In this document: one piece after another, positions 10,123 through 21,091 of the stretch
Layout of the letters: the number at the start of each line of letters is the position of its first letter
How positions within the stretch are numbered: position 1 is the stretch's first letter
Origin: Clostridia bacterium
Lineage (GTDB): Bacteria > Bacillota > Clostridia > UMGS1883 > UMGS1540
Direction: 5' to 3'
DNA: 64,000 bases
Assembly: GCA_045656005.1 (NCBI GenBank)
Contig: JAZOQG010000003.1
Coordinates: forward strand, 2,226-66,225
Translations under genes and position numbers: made by a program
The notes under the pieces: model-generated
Databases searched by the model: none
The model's input: the letters and a program-made list of their open reading frames with translations, nothing else
What the model was told of the DNA's origin: nothing

Positions 10123-11031
10123 ATGAAAAAAGCATTATTCCTTTTGATGTGCTTTATACTTTGCTTTGGTACAGGATGTCAGAAAAGTGAAAAACAGGGT
10201 GAAACTGTAACACTTTATTTCCCCGACAGCGAGACAAAAAACATGGTAACAGAAGTAAGGAATGTTCCTGCGGAAGAGGAAAACTTACTTATGTTTGCGG
10301 TAAATGCCCTTATTTCGGGACCGCAGGGCGAAGGACTTAAAAAAGCAATGCCTGACGGAACGAGAATTTTGGGAATCGAGCTTTCCGATAATATTGCAAC
10401 TGTAAATTTATCGGCACAGTTTAACACGGGCACAAGAATAGAAAAGCTCTGGAGCAGATATGCTCTTATCAGCACTCTTTGTGATATAGAGGGTGTGAGT
10501 AAAACTCAAATCCTTGTTGAAGGAGAAATGATTACTTCGATTTCCACAAACGAGCCTTTGGGCCCCATGGGCAAAGATGACATTGTGACGGATATAAGTC
10601 AGGTTACAAGCGATACGACTGTTGCAACTCTCTATTTTGCAGATGAAAATGCAATGTATCTGGTTCCTGAATCCAGGGAAATCGTTTTAAAGGAAGGCGA
10701 AAAACTTGAAACAGCTGTTGTTGGTGCGCTTCTCGCAGGCCCTAAAAATGACAGGCTTTACTCTGTGCTTCCTCAGGGGGTAAAAGTTTTATCAACAGAA
10801 ACAAAAGACGGAATTTGTTTTGTAAACCTTTCTGCCGCTTTTACTTCAAATGGTATGGGCGGTTCAACAGAAATGCTTGCGGTGTATTCTATTGTAAATA
10901 CACTTTGTGAGGTTGAGGGTGTTGAAAAGGTGCAAATTCTTGTTGAAGGCAAAAAAATTGACGAATTCGGACATTTAAGCCTTTCTGAATCCCTTGAAAG
11001 AAACAAAGATGTTTTAAATTCTAATCAGTAA
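10123..11031 (+). CDS. gerM: GerMN-domain lipoprotein (GerM-like sporulation/germination protein)
   Basis: Lipoprotein signal LLMCFILCFGTGC. Two repeats of the GerMN-type motif (AVNALISGP..., VVGALLAGP...). Confidence 0.6.
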   Translation: MKKALFLLMCFILCFGTGCQKSEKQGETVTLYFPDSETKNMVTEVRNVPAEEENLLMFAVNALISGPQGEGLKKAMPDGTRILGIELSDNIATVNLSAQFNTGTRIEKLWSRYALISTLCDIEGVSKTQILVEGEMITSISTNEPLGPMGKDDIVTDISQVTSDTTVATLYFADENAMYLVPESREIVLKEGEKLETAVVGALLAGPKNDRLYSVLPQGVKVLSTETKDGICFVNLSAAFTSNGMGGSTEMLAVYSIVNTLCEVEGVEKVQILVEGKKIDEFGHLSLSESLERNKDVLNSNQ

Positions 11032-11043
11032 CGGAGAGACATT

Positions 11044-12387
11044 ATGAAAGAAACTTTTAATGAATTTTGTGAAATAATAAAAGAAAATTATAAGATAAGC
11101 CCTGAACTTTACGGGAAATACAATGCGAAAAGAGGACTTCGTAACGAAGATGGAACGGGTGTTTTGGTGGGTCTTACAAATATTGGTAATGTTCATGGAT
11201 ATATCTTTGATGAAGGCGACAAAGTTCCTGATGAAGGATGCCTAAGCTACAGAGGTGTTGATGTTTCCGAGCTTATCGCAAACTGCCAGAAAGAGGGCAG
11301 GTTTGGTTATGAAGAAGCGGCATATCTTCTTCTTTTCGGAAAACTTCCGTCTGTGGAAAAACTTGAAAACTTCAAAAAACTTATAGGAAACAACAGAGAA
11401 CTTCCAGCAGGCTTTACCGAGGATATGATTTTAAAAGCTCCAAGCAGCGATATAATGAACAAACTTGCAAGAAGCGTTCTGGTTTCATATTCGTATGATG
11501 ACGACCCTGACAATACTGAGATTTCCAATATGCTTCGTCAGTCCATTGAGCTTATTGCAAGATTTCCTACCATGGTAGCTTACGCACAGCAGGCAAAACT
11601 TCATTACTATGATAAAAAAAGTCTTGTTATTCATTCGCCTCAGCCACATTTGTCAACTGCTGAAAACTTTTTGTACATGCTGAGGCAGAATAATGAATAT
11701 ACTCCTCTTGAGGCAACTGTTTTAGATACGGCCTTGATACTTCATGCAGAACACGGCGGCGGTAACAACAGCGCATTTACAACACACGTTGTATCTTCAA
11801 GCGGAACTGATACATATTCTGCAATCGCAGCGGCGGTAGGCTCGCTTAAAGGACCAAAGCACGGCGGTGCAAATAACCGTGTAATGTCCATGATGGAAGA
11901 AATTGAGGAAAATGTAAAAGACTGGTCAAACGACGAAGAAGTAAGACGTTATCTTATTAAAATACTCAACAAAGAAGCATATGACAGAAGCGGACTTATA
12001 TATGGAATGGGTCATGCTATTTACACAAAGAGCGACCCTCGTGCAACAATTTTAAAGGCGCAGGCAAGAGAACTTGCTAAGGAAAAAGGCTGTATGGAAG
12101 AATTTATGCTCTATGATGCTATCGAGAGACTTTCGCCAGGTGCTTTTGAGGAAATAAAGGGAGCAAAAAAGGTTATGTGTGCGAATGTCGATATGTATTC
12201 GGGATTTGTTTACAAAATGCTCGGAATCCCAAAAGAACTTTACACACCTATTTTTGCGATTTCCAGAGTTGTTGGCTGGTGTGCTCACAGAATCGAGGAG
12301 GTTACTGTCGGAGGTAAGATTATACGTCCTGCTTACAAAAGTGTTACAAAGAAAACAGACTATGTGAAAATTGAAGACAGAATTTAA
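11044..12387 (+). CDS. gltA: Citrate synthase
   Basis: Signature GMGHAIYTKSDPRA and HGGGNN active-site region. 447 aa. Confidence 0.8.
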   Translation: MKETFNEFCEIIKENYKISPELYGKYNAKRGLRNEDGTGVLVGLTNIGNVHGYIFDEGDKVPDEGCLSYRGVDVSELIANCQKEGRFGYEEAAYLLLFGKLPSVEKLENFKKLIGNNRELPAGFTEDMILKAPSSDIMNKLARSVLVSYSYDDDPDNTEISNMLRQSIELIARFPTMVAYAQQAKLHYYDKKSLVIHSPQPHLSTAENFLYMLRQNNEYTPLEATVLDTALILHAEHGGGNNSAFTTHVVSSSGTDTYSAIAAAVGSLKGPKHGGANNRVMSMMEEIEENVKDWSNDEEVRRYLIKILNKEAYDRSGLIYGMGHAIYTKSDPRATILKAQARELAKEKGCMEEFMLYDAIERLSPGAFEEIKGAKKVMCANVDMYSGFVYKMLGIPKELYTPIFAISRVVGWCAHRIEEVTVGGKIIRPAYKSVTKKTDYVKIEDRI

Positions 12388-12559
12388 ATGATAGTTTTCG
12401 GTGAGTATACATGCTAAATAAAAAAATAAAAATTTTTTCAAAAAACTGTTTACTAATCCTAAATTTTGTAGTATCATATAAATAGTGGTTTTTGTTTGCA
12501 GGACTAAAAGGTGCATGTTTTCGACAAAAAAGCCCCGTAAAACTTAAATAATGACAGTT

Positions 12560-12592
12560 TAAATTAAAAACTGTCTATTTACGTATTTGGGG
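12560..12592 (+). terminator. Putative terminator after citrate synthase
   Basis: gacagttt-aaattaaa-aactgtc hairpin (8-bp stem) followed by a T-rich stretch. Confidence 0.4.
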
Positions 12593-12716
12593 TTTTGGTG
12601 TAAAATATAATCACAAAAGTCGGTCCTTGCGGACATTAAAGTTCGGATGCCTTTGAGGTTTCCGAAAGACAAAAAATAAAAAAGGGGGAAACGCAGGAGT
12701 TTTCTTGCGGAAAAAA

Positions 12717-13691
12717 ATGAGTCAAGTTAAAGCAGCAAAGTCGGCTGTGCCGACAACAAAGAAATCTTGGCCTGCATTGGTTAAGAAAGATTTCCGTCAG
12801 AACTGGAGCCTTTACGTAATGATACTTCCGGTTTTGGCATTCTACATTACCTTTATGTACGCACCTATGTATGGTGCACTTATCGCATTTAAGGATTACA
12901 GACCGAGAACAGGTATTTTGGGAAGTCCGTGGGCGCAACCTTTTTACAAGCACTTCTATACCTTCCTTACAAATCCTTACTTCTTCCGTTTGCTTAAGAA
13001 CACACTTACAATCAGTATTTCATCACTCGTGGTAGGCTTCCCTGCTCCGATTATACTGGCGCTTCTTATAAACGAGCTTAAGAGCAAATGGTTTACAAAG
13101 ATTACACAGACTATTACATACTTACCTCACTTCGTGTCAATGGTTGTTATCTGTGGTATGATTCACACATTTACAGCCCGTGACGGTTTTATCAATGATA
13201 TTATTGCACTTTTTGGCGGCGAAAGAACAACAATGCTTAACCATCCCGAATATTTCGTGCCGGTTTACGTTATAACAGGTGTATGGCAGGAAGTAGGTTG
13301 GGGTTCAATTATTTACTTGTCAGCTCTTGCAGGTATTGACCAGGAACTTTACGAAGCTGCAAGAATCGACGGTGCAGGAAGACTCAGACAGACATGGCAT
13401 ATTACACTTCCGGGTATTTTGCCTACAGTTGTAATTATGCTCATTCTCAGAATGGGAAGTCTTTTGAGCGTTGGTTACGAAAAGATTATTCTTCTTTACA
13501 ATGCAGGTACTTATGAAACTGCCGATGTTATCTCGAGTTACGTTTACAGACAGGGTCTCGGCGGCGAAGGCGGAGCAAATGCTTATTCCTTCAGTACAGC
13601 GGTTGGTATTTTCAACTCAATCATCAATTTGATTTTGGTTATCACATCTAATAAAATCAGTAAAGCGCTTACTGAAACGAGCTTGTGGTAA
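12717..13691 (+). CDS. ABC transporter permease, polysaccharide/sugar type (LplB/MalF-like)
   Basis: Six-TM permease with the EAA-like loop ARIDGAGRLRQTWHITLP. An alternative TTG start lies at 12705. Confidence 0.75.
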   Translation: MSQVKAAKSAVPTTKKSWPALVKKDFRQNWSLYVMILPVLAFYITFMYAPMYGALIAFKDYRPRTGILGSPWAQPFYKHFYTFLTNPYFFRLLKNTLTISISSLVVGFPAPIILALLINELKSKWFTKITQTITYLPHFVSMVVICGMIHTFTARDGFINDIIALFGGERTTMLNHPEYFVPVYVITGVWQEVGWGSIIYLSALAGIDQELYEAARIDGAGRLRQTWHITLPGILPTVVIMLILRMGSLLSVGYEKIILLYNAGTYETADVISSYVYRQGLGGEGGANAYSFSTAVGIFNSIINLILVITSNKISKALTETSLW

Positions 13692-13753
13692 TACGATTTG
13701 ATTAAAAAATTGGAAAGGAGAATATGGTATAACTAGTACCATTAAAAAATATT

Positions 13754-14641
13754 ATGCATATTAAAGAAAGTCCAAGCAGAAAGGCTTTTAACATATTTAA
13801 TATAGTGTTTATGCTTTTCATGGTTGTGATTACATTATATCCTATTTACTACGTTGTAATGGCATCTTTCAGCCAGAGCAACGAACTTATGAGACATCAG
13901 GGCATTTTGCTCAAACCCGCAGGTTTTTCATTTGCGGCATACAAGGAGGTTTTCAAAAACCCTAACATCTGGACAGGTTACAAAAACACTCTTATCGTTT
14001 TGGTTGCAAGTACAGTAGTAAGCATGGTGCTCACATCACTTTGTGCATACGTTCTTTCAAGAAAGAATGTGCTTTTCAATGCACCAATTACACTTTTTAT
14101 TATGTTCACAATGTACTTTGGCGGCGGTATGATTCCTACATACCTCATTGTAAACGGACTCGGTCTTACAAATACATATTGGGCTCTTATCCTTCCGACT
14201 GCAATTTCAACATACAATATGATTATTATGAGAACCGGATTTTTGGGTATTCCCGATAGCCTTGAAGAATCAGCAAAAATCGACGGTGCAAGTCACTGGA
14301 CAATACTTTGGAAGGTTGTAATTCCGCTTGCGAAACCTACCATGGCAGTTATCCTTCTTTACTATGCGGTTTCCTGCTGGAACTCATGGTTTAATGCTAT
14401 GATTTATCTTCAGAAGAGAAGAGATTTGCAGCCACTTCAGTTGGTGCTTCGTGGTATCCTTATTGAGAATGACACAGCCAGCATGATGGAAAGCGGCGGT
14501 AACATGGGTGACCAGGAAGGTGTTGCTGAAACAATTAAATATGCGGTTATCGTGGTTTCAACACTTCCTATATTGTGCGCTTACCCATTCCTTCAAAAGT
14601 ACTTTGTAAAAGGTATTATGATTGGCGCCGTAAAGGGTTGA
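13754..14641 (+). CDS. ABC transporter permease (LplC/MalG-like)
   Basis: EAA motif region SAKIDGASHWTILWKVVIPL. A TM-rich 295-aa protein. Confidence 0.75.
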   Translation: MHIKESPSRKAFNIFNIVFMLFMVVITLYPIYYVVMASFSQSNELMRHQGILLKPAGFSFAAYKEVFKNPNIWTGYKNTLIVLVASTVVSMVLTSLCAYVLSRKNVLFNAPITLFIMFTMYFGGGMIPTYLIVNGLGLTNTYWALILPTAISTYNMIIMRTGFLGIPDSLEESAKIDGASHWTILWKVVIPLAKPTMAVILLYYAVSCWNSWFNAMIYLQKRRDLQPLQLVLRGILIENDTASMMESGGNMGDQEGVAETIKYAVIVVSTLPILCAYPFLQKYFVKGIMIGAVKG

Positions 14642-14659
14642 TTATTAAAAATACAAAAA

Positions 14660-14690
14660 GGCTACACGGATTTCATGTAGCCTTTTTTGC
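14660..14690 (+). terminator. Rho-independent terminator after the permease pair
   Basis: aggctaca-cggatttca-tgtagcct followed by tttttt. Confidence 0.55.
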
Positions 14691-14725
14691 GTGTATATAT
14701 ATAAGAATTTTACTTGGTGAGTCAG

Positions 14726-17074
14726 ATGAAGCTGCTTGAAAAACTTTTTCGCAAAACTGAATATAAAACAGCACGTGTTTTAGGGTATGGTGAAAAAAGT
14801 GCAGGAAAAGATTTCCGTATAAAATCCTACTACAATTATTTCTTTTCCTATTTTATCATTATTCTTATATTGATTATTATCAGCACTGTGACTTATGTTT
14901 ACGCAATCGGAATGATGCGTGAAAGCGCTATTGCAGAAAACAATGGTTATTTAAGTGCGCTTAAATATGATGCAGACGAAACTGTGAAACAGATGATGAC
15001 TTCGGCTATGGAAGCATCTTTTGATGAAACGCTTAAGGATTTTTGTAAAATAGGGAGAGAAGAAATAGAGAATAATACATCATTGCTTCATGATGCAGAG
15101 CAGGTATTTTCTTCTTACAAAGACAGACTTTCGGAAAATTCGTTTTTCTTTTCGGGGAAAAGTGACACTGTTTTAAGTTTTGACGGTACAGCTGAGACAA
15201 AAAAGTATTTGCTTGAAAAAATCTCTCCCAAATATGTTCTTGAAGTAGAAAAGTATTTAAGAAGTGATGAAAAATCCACATTTTTGCCGGTTAATACTTC
15301 AGGGGGAAAAGAAATTTTACTTTTCTTCTGCAATATGAACGAACTTCGATATGACGGGAGAATTGGCAAAATTGTTTCCGTAATAGACACCAAAACTTTT
15401 TATGATTTGATGGAAACAGTAACAAAATCAACCAAGGGTGCATGGTGTTACATTGAAAGTTCTTCCTTTGCAATAAACCCGCCGGAGGGGGACAGACATA
15501 GTCTTTCTTCCATGGGCAGGGGAAACGGATTTTACATGACAGAGGTAGAGGAAGACATTATAACAGCATATAATTCAAGAATTGCTGACTGGAAATATGT
15601 CTGCGTAACACCTAAACACATTATGTTTAAAAATGCAAGCACCATGCAAATTCTTGTCATTGTAAATATAATTTTGATGCTCCTTCTCGGAATGGCAGCA
15701 ACAATGCTTTTAGTGCGCCAGAATATGAAGCCTCTGAAAAAACTTGTAACGGTGCTTGAGGATATGGGGCTTAAAACAGGCAGTGTTAAAAATGAGTTTG
15801 ATTTTATACAAAATGTGGTTTCAGCTGCTTTGAAGGAAAAAGAAGAAATAGGAGAGATTGTATATAGGCAAAACAAAGCTCTGAAACAATCGTTTTTGCA
15901 GAATTTAATAAGAGGAAGAATAAAGGGAGGAGATGAATTTAAGGCATCTCTTAAAGCCTTCGACATAAACCTTGTATCAAACAGTTTTTCCGTCGGTGTG
16001 TTTTATATAAAGGATTTAAATAATCTTTTTAAAGAGGAACAAAGTCTTGATGTCAGTGAAAAACAGAGAATGGCATCAATAATTATGGGGAATATTTTAG
16101 AAGAGCTTATCGGCAAACATCACCTTTGCTTTTCGGCAGAGATAAGCGACATGCAGGTTTGCCTTGTAAATGTTTCGAAGGAAAGGGTGGCATTTTTCTA
16201 TAGCGACATGGAAGAGGCTGTGTCGGTTGCAAAAGAAAATATAAAAAAATATTTTTCCATAGATTTTTCTGCATCATTTGGTAATGTGTATTCATCAATT
16301 AAATATATTCCCAAATCCTATGATGAAGCTTTGCAAACGCAAAACTATAAAAACATTGTGGGAATGGACGGGATTTTTAAATACGGGGATATCATGGATA
16401 ATGAGGATGCGGGTTACGAGTATTCTGACGAATACGAAAGAGAAGTTATCAGTAGCATAAAGTGCGGCAAAGCGGATAAGGCAAAGGAACTTGTTTTAAG
16501 AACAATAGACGAAAATATCCTTACAAAAAGAATTTCCGGCGGAGAAGTTTCGGAACTTATGGTAAGCATCAGTGCATCACTTTTAAAAGCAGTGAATATC
16601 ATAAACGAAGGAGAAAAACAAAAATACTTTACCGAAATCAACTCTATTTTAAAAATGGTTGGCAATTCAACTGTTGATGAGCTTAAAGAGAAAATAGTTT
16701 TTGTTATTAATTCACTTTGTGCATCTGCTCAAGACGAAATTAAAATAAAAATAGGAACTTTGGGCGAGAAAGCAATCAGGTTTATTGAAGAAAATTATAC
16801 AAACAGTAACTTAAATGCTTCAGCCGTTGCAGAAAGCATGGGGGTTCATGCGGCATACCTTTCAAAGAAGTTTAAGGAACAAACGGGCGAAGGGCTTCTT
16901 GAATATATAAATAAAGTAAGGGTTCATAATGCAAAAAGAATTTTGCTTGAAGAGAATGTGTCGGTTGAAGATGCGGCGCTTTCTGTAGGAATTGCAAGTG
17001 TCCGAAGTTTTGCCAGAATATTTAAAAAATATGAAGGCATGGCACCCGGTGAGTGGCGCAATGCCATAAAATGA
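14726..17074 (+). CDS. Membrane-anchored AraC-family transcriptional regulator with a large sensor region
   Basis: N-terminal TM helix (FFSYFIIILILIIISTV) and a second TM (ILVIVNIILMLLLGMAATMLL). The C-terminus is an AraC HTH_18 (AVAESMGVHAAYLSKKFKEQTG...VGIASVRSFARIFKK). Confidence 0.7.
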   Translation: MKLLEKLFRKTEYKTARVLGYGEKSAGKDFRIKSYYNYFFSYFIIILILIIISTVTYVYAIGMMRESAIAENNGYLSALKYDADETVKQMMTSAMEASFDETLKDFCKIGREEIENNTSLLHDAEQVFSSYKDRLSENSFFFSGKSDTVLSFDGTAETKKYLLEKISPKYVLEVEKYLRSDEKSTFLPVNTSGGKEILLFFCNMNELRYDGRIGKIVSVIDTKTFYDLMETVTKSTKGAWCYIESSSFAINPPEGDRHSLSSMGRGNGFYMTEVEEDIITAYNSRIADWKYVCVTPKHIMFKNASTMQILVIVNIILMLLLGMAATMLLVRQNMKPLKKLVTVLEDMGLKTGSVKNEFDFIQNVVSAALKEKEEIGEIVYRQNKALKQSFLQNLIRGRIKGGDEFKASLKAFDINLVSNSFSVGVFYIKDLNNLFKEEQSLDVSEKQRMASIIMGNILEELIGKHHLCFSAEISDMQVCLVNVSKERVAFFYSDMEEAVSVAKENIKKYFSIDFSASFGNVYSSIKYIPKSYDEALQTQNYKNIVGMDGIFKYGDIMDNEDAGYEYSDEYEREVISSIKCGKADKAKELVLRTIDENILTKRISGGEVSELMVSISASLLKAVNIINEGEKQKYFTEINSILKMVGNSTVDELKEKIVFVINSLCASAQDEIKIKIGTLGEKAIRFIEENYTNSNLNASAVAESMGVHAAYLSKKFKEQTGEGLLEYINKVRVHNAKRILLEENVSVEDAALSVGIASVRSFARIFKKYEGMAPGEWRNAIK

Positions 17075-17187
17075 GAACAAAGTGTAAAGAATTTGTGTTT
17101 GAAAGAAAAAGTGTTGTTTTTAAATGTATAATATGATATACTTTTATGTAATGATACTTAAAACGCTATTGTTTTGGAGGAATATAA

Positions 17188-19916
17188 TGAGTATATTCAA
17201 AAAGATTTTCGGGGACTACAGCTCCAGAGAGATTAAAAAAATAAACCCGATTTTACAAAAGGTTTTATCATACGAAGATGAATTCCGTGCACTTTCCGAC
17301 AGTGCACTTAAAGAAAAAACAAACGAATTTAAAAAGAGAGTAGCGGAAGGCGAAAGTCTTGACAATATTTTGCCTGAGGCTTTTGCGGTTGTGAGAGAGG
17401 CGTCTGACAGAGTGCTTGGAATGCGTCATTTTCCTGTGCAGATAATAGGTGGAACGGTGCTTCATCAGGGCAGAATTGCCGAAATGAAAACGGGTGAAGG
17501 TAAAACACTTGTGGCAACACTTCCTGCGTATCTTAATGCTCTTTCGGGTAATGGTGTTCATATTGTAACCGTTAATGACTATCTTGCAAGGCGTGACAGC
17601 GAGTGGATGGGCAAGGTTTATAGATTTTTGGGTCTTTCCGTTGGACTTGTTGTAAACGGAATGGAAACACCTGAAAGGAAAAAAGCCTATGCGGCAGATA
17701 TAACCTATGGAACAAATAACGAAATGGGGTTTGATTATCTGCGTGATAATATGGTAATTTATAAAAACCAGATGGTACAACGCGGGCACAATTTTGCCAT
17801 TGTGGACGAAGTTGACTCCATTTTGATAGATGAGGCAAGAACACCGCTTATTATAAGTGGCATGGGTGACAAGTCAACAGAGCTTTATAGCATTGTAAAC
17901 CAGTTTGTAAGAGGTCTTAAGAAGTTTAAAATAGTTGAACTTGACAGTAAGGTTCACCATGATGATATTGATGCAGACTATATAGTTGATGAAAAGGCAA
18001 AATCTGTAACACTTACTGCATCGGGAACAAAAAAAGCGGAGGCGGCTTTCAATGTTGAAAACCTTGCTGACCCTGATAATATGACACTTTCTCACCATAT
18101 AAATCAGGCTATAAGAGCGCATGGTATTATGGAAAGAGATAAGGACTATGTTGTTAAAGACGGTCAGGTTCTTATAGTTGATGAGTTTACGGGCCGTATC
18201 ATGATAGGCAGAAGATATAGTGACGGACTTCATCAGGCAATAGAAGCAAAGGAAGGGGTTAGGGTTGAAAGAGAAAATAAAACCTTGGCAACTATTACTT
18301 TCCAGAACTATTTCCGTCTTTATAAAAAACTTTCGGGTATGACGGGTACCGCCAAGACAGAAGAAAGTGAATTTCAGACAATTTATAATCTTGATGTTGT
18401 TGAAATTCCAACAAATAAACCTCTTTTGAGAGAAGATGCAGCAGACAGAGTTTATAAAAATGAGGTTGCAAAACTTCGTGCAGTTATAAAAGAGATTGAA
18501 GAAAGACACCAAAAAGGTCAGCCGATACTTGTTGGTACTGTAACAATAGAAAAATCGGAGCTTTTAAGTTCGCTTCTTAAAAGAAGCGGAATAAAGCATG
18601 AAGTTTTGAATGCTAAAAACCATGACAAGGAAGCACAGATTGTAGCACAGGCGGGAAAATTCGGTGCAGTTACCATTGCAACAAACATGGCGGGAAGAGG
18701 TACTGATATTGTGCTTGGCGGCAATGCTGAATATCTTGCCAAAAACGAAATGGAAAAAATGGGTTACACAGACGAGCTTATTGCCGAGGCAACGGGTTAT
18801 GCTGAAACTGACAATCAGGATATTTTAGAGGCAAGAGCAAAATTTGCAGAGCTTTATAAAAAGCATAAAGCGGATGTTGATGTGGAACACGAAAAAGTTA
18901 TAGAAGCGGGCGGTCTTTGCATAATAGGTACGGAAAGGCATGAATCAAGACGAATTGACAATCAGCTTCGTGGTCGTGCCGGCAGACAGGGTGACCCCGG
19001 ACTTTCAGTTTTCTATATTTCACTTCAGGATGATTTGATGCGTCTTTTTGGGTCAGAAAGGCTTGAGGGCGTTGTAAATGCACTCGGACTTGGTGATGAC
19101 GATGTCATTGAACATGGCATGCTCACAAAAGCTATCGAAAATGCACAGAAAAGAGTTGAAGGAAATAATTTCCAGGCAAGAAAATATGTACTTCAGTATG
19201 ATGACGTAATGAATCAGCAACGCGGAATTATTTATAGTCAGAGACAAAAAGTGCTTGACGGTGAGGATATAAAAGATGTTATCCTTAAGATGGTTCGAGA
19301 TGTTGTAAGTGATGCTGTGGCAAGAAGCACGGCAAACAGCGATTTTCCTGAAGAGTGGAGCCGCGAAAGTCTTTTGGATTATTTCAACAATCAGTTTACC
19401 ATGGTACCACCGCTCGAAATTTCGGCTGACGAAATCCTTGATTTCACAAAAGAAAAGCTTTCGGATTATTTGACAGAAAAAGCCCTCGAAAGATACGAGA
19501 AAAAGGAAAAAGAGTGTGGCAGCGAGCTTATGCGTGAAGTTGAGAGAGTTATTCTCCTTCGTGCAGTTGACAGTAAGTGGATGACTCATATTGATGAAAT
19601 GGAGCAGCTTAAACACGGAATTGGTCTTCGTGCTTATGGGCAGCATGACCCTGTTTCAGAATACAAATTTGCCGGATTTGATATGTTCGAAGAAATGATT
19701 GCGGCTATAAGAGAGGATACGGTTAAGTATATTTTCCGTGCAAGCGTTGAGCAAAAAATTGAACGTGAGCAGGTGGCAAAGCCTACGGTAGCATCGCATG
19801 GTGACGGAAGCGAAAGCAAGAAACCCGTTAGGCGCGGCGAAAAAATAGGCAGGAATGACCCTTGTCCTTGCGGCAGCGGCAAAAAATATAAAAAATGTTG
19901 CGGAATTAATGAGTAA
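17188..19916 (+). CDS. secA: Preprotein translocase subunit SecA
   Basis: [19 protein letters not shown]-terminus, DEAD-like motor motifs, and a C-terminal zinc finger [14 protein letters not shown]. The 17124 upstream extension proposed by the ORF track is probably not used. Confidence 0.9.
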
Positions 19917-19928
19917 AGGATTGATATT

Positions 19929-21050
19929 GTGCTTGAATTTGAGCAGTATAAATTAGAACTTTCGGGAATGGAAAGCGAGCTTTCAGAACTTTATAAAGCA
20001 CTTGGCATCGAAAACGAAAAAGAAAAACTGGCAGCTTTAGAGAAGCAGAGCATGGAGCCTGATTTTTATAGCAATATCGAAGGTTCACAAAAAGTGCTTC
20101 AGCAGATAAAACAATGCAAAGTTGCGATTGAGGGATATCAGAATCTCTATGACAAGTGGGAGGAAACCTTAACTCTTACAGAGCTTGCCATGGAAGAAGA
20201 GGATGACAGCGTTCTTGACGAAGTAAAAACGGGTTTTAATTCTCTTTTGAAAGAACTTGAAAACGTTAAACTTTCGGCACTTTTGTCAGGACCTTACGAT
20301 AAAAGTAACTGCATTATTTCCGTTCATGCGGGCGCGGGCGGAACAGAGGCGCAGGATTGGGCACAGATGCTTCTTCGCATGTATCAGCGCTTTGCCGAAA
20401 GAAGAGGATATAAACTTACAACACTCGATTATCTTGACGGAGATGAGGCAGGCGTTAAAAGTGCTACTATATTAATAGAAGGAACTAATGCTTACGGATA
20501 TTTGAAATGCGAAAAAGGTGTTCACCGACTTGTTAGAATTTCACCCTTTGATGCTTCAAGCAGAAGGCATACTTCCTTTGCATCGATTGACGTAATGCCT
20601 GACCTTGATGAAAGTATTGATATAAAAATTAATCCTGAGGATTTGAAGGTTGACACTTACAGGGCGAGCGGTGCAGGCGGTCAGCACGTTAATAAAACGG
20701 AGTCTGCAATAAGAATTACGCACATTCCCACAGGGGTCGTGGTTTCTTGTCAGAATGAACGTTCGCAGCACAAAAACCGTGACTTTGCGATGAAAATGCT
20801 CAAAGCAAAGCTTGTTGAAATTGCGGAACGCGAACAAAAAGAAAGAATAGAAGACATTAAAGGTGAACAGAAGGAAATTGGTTGGGGAAGCCAGATAAGG
20901 TCTTATGTGTTCCATCCCTACAGCATGGTTAAAGACCATAGAACTTCTTACGAGGTTGGAAATACCACCGCCGTTATGGACGGAGATCTGGACGGCTTTA
21001 TAAACGAGTATTTAAAAGCGGCGAATTTGGGAGAACTTAATCTCAAATAA
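19929..21050 (+). CDS. prfB: Peptide chain release factor 2 (GTG start; no programmed frameshift)
   Basis: SPF tripeptide (RISPFDAS) and GGQ motif (RASGAGGQHVN). The N-terminus aligns to RF2 in a single frame. No CTTTGAC shift site lies upstream. Confidence 0.85.
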   Translation: MLEFEQYKLELSGMESELSELYKALGIENEKEKLAALEKQSMEPDFYSNIEGSQKVLQQIKQCKVAIEGYQNLYDKWEETLTLTELAMEEEDDSVLDEVKTGFNSLLKELENVKLSALLSGPYDKSNCIISVHAGAGGTEAQDWAQMLLRMYQRFAERRGYKLTTLDYLDGDEAGVKSATILIEGTNAYGYLKCEKGVHRLVRISPFDASSRRHTSFASIDVMPDLDESIDIKINPEDLKVDTYRASGAGGQHVNKTESAIRITHIPTGVVVSCQNERSQHKNRDFAMKMLKAKLVEIAEREQKERIEDIKGEQKEIGWGSQIRSYVFHPYSMVKDHRTSYEVGNTTAVMDGDLDGFINEYLKAANLGELNLK

Positions 21051-21091
21051 AGTTACCGTCAGGTAATTTAAAATAAAAAGGAGAGATAAAG

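Noticed and set aside
17268-18512. Minus-strand ORFs of 173, 90 and 212 aa inside secA
   Set aside because: Antisense to secA, with low-complexity composition.
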